From the human T2T-CHM13v2.0 reference genome, Homo sapiens, in the NCBI RefSeq assembly GCF_009914755.1, contig NC_060932.1: a stretch of DNA of 64,000 bases; one strand, given 5' to 3'. The position numbers were made by a program, and so were the translations under genes. This document shows positions 61,606 through 64,000 of this stretch, in pieces; the first letter of the stretch is position 1, and each line of letters begins with the position of its first letter. Below the pieces are notes generated by a model. The model was not told the origin of the DNA. It saw only the letters and a list, made by a program, of their open reading frames with translations, and did no database searches.

Positions 61606-62295
61606 ATCACAGCTCACTGCAGTCTCGGTCTCCCAGGCTCAAGCTATCCTCCCACCTCAGCTTCCCAAGCAGCTAGGACTACAGGCCTGTGTCACCATGC
61701 CCAGCTATTTTTGTTTTTATTATTATCTGTAGACACAAGGTCTCATTATGTTACCCGGCTGGTCTCCACTCCTGGGCTCAAGTGATCTACCCACCTTAGC
61801 CTCCCTAAGCGCTGGGATTACAGGTCTGAGCCTTCTCAGGGCCACAGCTCCTGGCTCTAAGAAGGATATTTTAAAGGATAAACAGCCAGATGAACAGACA
61901 CACAGGGCGGGGTCTGGAAGGGTCCTGAGCACAGGAGCTTCTGAACCTGAGGAGTTGGGGGTGTGTCGCCCTCCCGGCACGTGAGCGAGTTCTTCTTCAC
62001 TTTCCTGTTGGCCTCCACGGGTTTAGCTTTCTAGAAGCTCCTTGAACCCAGTCCTCTAGGGTTTTTAATGGCAGCTTCATGACGTCAGCATTCCTTCCCC
62101 CAGGGTATAGGGTAGGATCTCAAACCCACAAGATGGGAAAAGATTAGAGTCCTGCCTTGGGGTACATAAAGGAGGGCAGGAGAGATTCTGTTTCCTGAGG
62201 CCTAACACATCCAGCATTACAACCAGACTGTAACAAGGGATGTGGACACTATAAACCAGGAACTGTGGACGGATACCAATACATATATATCTACA
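61190..62295 (-). mobile_element. MER21-family LTR, interrupted by (TG)n and an old Alu (~61570-61850)
   Basis: Characteristic CTTCTGTGACCAAATGTGTGGGG..CCCCAC..ACCAAGCA and CCAATTCTGACACCATCTACCTGGAGA segments. Confidence 0.8.
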
Positions 62296-63950
62296 GCTCC
62301 ATAGGCCATTCCTTGGTTTTCAATCACAGATCCCTTATACCAAAACAAATGTATCTATCAGAACATTTGTTGTAGCATTTATAAAACAGTTACAGCAATG
62401 CCGCCACCTAAAATCTGGAGAAGCCAGTGTGGGTAGGGATGAATTTAAAGAAATGACTAATTTGTCCTATGAAGTCACACAAACACTTTCATAATCGTGT
62501 ACTAGCCTCACTGTTCTTTCCTGCCTTGGTCTACCGCTATTGGACCTTAGGATAAACTTGTGCAGAGCTGTTTCGCACAGAGATCAGCTGATGGTTAGCT
62601 AGATCCAGTTCCTTCTTGGGCCGTTTTCCACAGGCATTCCATCCTGAGGGAGCTTCAACTCAACCTCCCAATACATCTGATCGTATCAGTATTATCATAA
62701 AGCTTATTTACATGAGGAAGCTGAACCTTACCAATGCCCCCAGTATTACACCATATTGTGATACAATCGTGGTACAATTTAGCTTCATTATAGATTAGTA
62801 AGAATGACAGAGGTATTTCCTTTGCCTTCCCAATAAAATCTCCCCTTGCCCATATACCAAATGTTATTAAGGACAGGTGTTGTTACAATGGCCATGACTC
62901 AGTCATTTCTGGATTTGAAATTAATTAGGGGCAGAGCCAATCACCCTGTCTCATCTCACAGGCTTGTACTGCTGGTTTCCACTGGGTGCTATCAGTTATA
63001 GCACAGCCCACCTGCCTCCTGCAGACAGTACATGGGTGGTGTTAATTTTACTAATTAAATAGAGACAGGGTCTCACTTCATTGCCCAGGCTGGTCTTGAA
63101 CTCCTGGGCTCAAGTGATCCTCCCGCTTCAGCCTCCCAAAGTGCTAGGATTAAAGGCTTGAGCCACAATACCTGGCCTATTTCTTTCTTTTCTTTCTTCC
63201 TTTCCTTCCCTTTCTTTTCTTTCTCATTCTTTCTTTCTTTTTTCTTTCTTTCTTCTCTCTCTCTCCTTCCTTCCTTGTTTCTTTTTCTTTCATTCATTCA
63301 TTCATTCATTCATTTGATGGGTGTTTAGAATAGTTCCTATACCTACCAACTACACTGCAGAACATGTTTTACTTTGCCCTAACCTAAAGGCATGGGCAGT
63401 CATAGCACATTGATGTAAACTGCAAGTGCCCTCAGAGAACTTCCGTAAATTCAGAGGGCCATAAGAGTCCCACAGGTGTGCCCTGAGCCTCAGCAGCCAA
63501 GACTGAGGGCCACTGCCCCCCATTTCAGCCTCTATTTGTATTAAAATTGTGAAGAGGCCCTGTTGGGTCTGGGTACAGGCCCTTTCCCAAAGCTGCATCT
63601 TAGCATTCTCTTCAGCACTGTTTATTGAGTTGGCCTGGCTCACTCTGCCAAAGCCTCCTTATCTTTCCAAGCTGACTCCCATCCTTTTGCCTTCCTCCTG
63701 GAAGAGAACTCCCTCTAATCTGCATTTTCCTCTGAATTCTGCTGCTCATTGAAAGCAAACTCAACTTATCCCAGGATACCCAGACCTGCACCTATCTCCT
63801 ATAAGGCCCTTTTCTGTCTGGTGGGTCAGTGTTGTTTCATCCAACATGCATGTTGCTGCAGTGTGTAGTAAAGGCCTGAGTACAGTTAGGATATATGTTT
63901 TGCACCCAGAAATGTTGGGTGACCCATACTAGAGTTAGATGAGTGGTGGT
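62296..63950 (-). mobile_element. Probable degraded ERV internal sequence adjoining the MER21 LTR
   Basis: Abuts the LTR 5' end through a CCAAGGAATGG purine-rich junction; no intact ORF; family not certain. Confidence 0.45.
63180..63315. repeat. Polypyrimidine low-complexity tract followed by (CATT)n
   Basis: CT-only run of about 110 nt, then CATT repeats. Confidence 0.9.
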
Positions 63951-64000
63951 CACATCTACATGTAGTTTAGTGTGAGTGTGCCACAAGGCCTCCTACAGCT

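Noticed and set aside
57745-64000. Additional upstream ASAP1 exon
   Set aside because: No segment with ASAP1-like peptide and splice sites; region is intronic and repeat derived.

Overview
Human (primate) genomic DNA, recognisable as 8q24.21. The right end holds the last three coding exons and ~2.6-kb 3'UTR of ASAP1 (minus strand): the Pro-rich (E/D)LPPKP exon, two SH3 exons and a distal AATAAA at 48801-48806. About 35 kb further along the same strand is the CpG-island promoter and non-coding 5' exons of CYRIB/FAM49B (~12.4-13.6 kb). MIR5194 (4811-4930) lies in CYRIB intron 1. The rest is very Alu-dense, with L1M, MaLR, ERV1/ERVL LTR and MER DNA-transposon relics. Almost all ORFs in the track are artefacts of Alus, microsatellites, the CpG island or a VNTR. 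I see no convincing new multi-gene system. The items most worth checking are: a ~1.5-kb G-rich 21-bp VNTR with higher-order structure just past the ASAP1 poly(A) site; a 16-bp promoter element readable as a TATA box, a splice acceptor or a TCT/TOP initiator; CTG/CGG repeats in a CYRIB 5' exon; a 64-bp Alu-Alu identity tract (possible gene conversion); a fold-back scar; and several motif-dense candidate enhancers. Repeat family names and boundaries are by eye and approximate.
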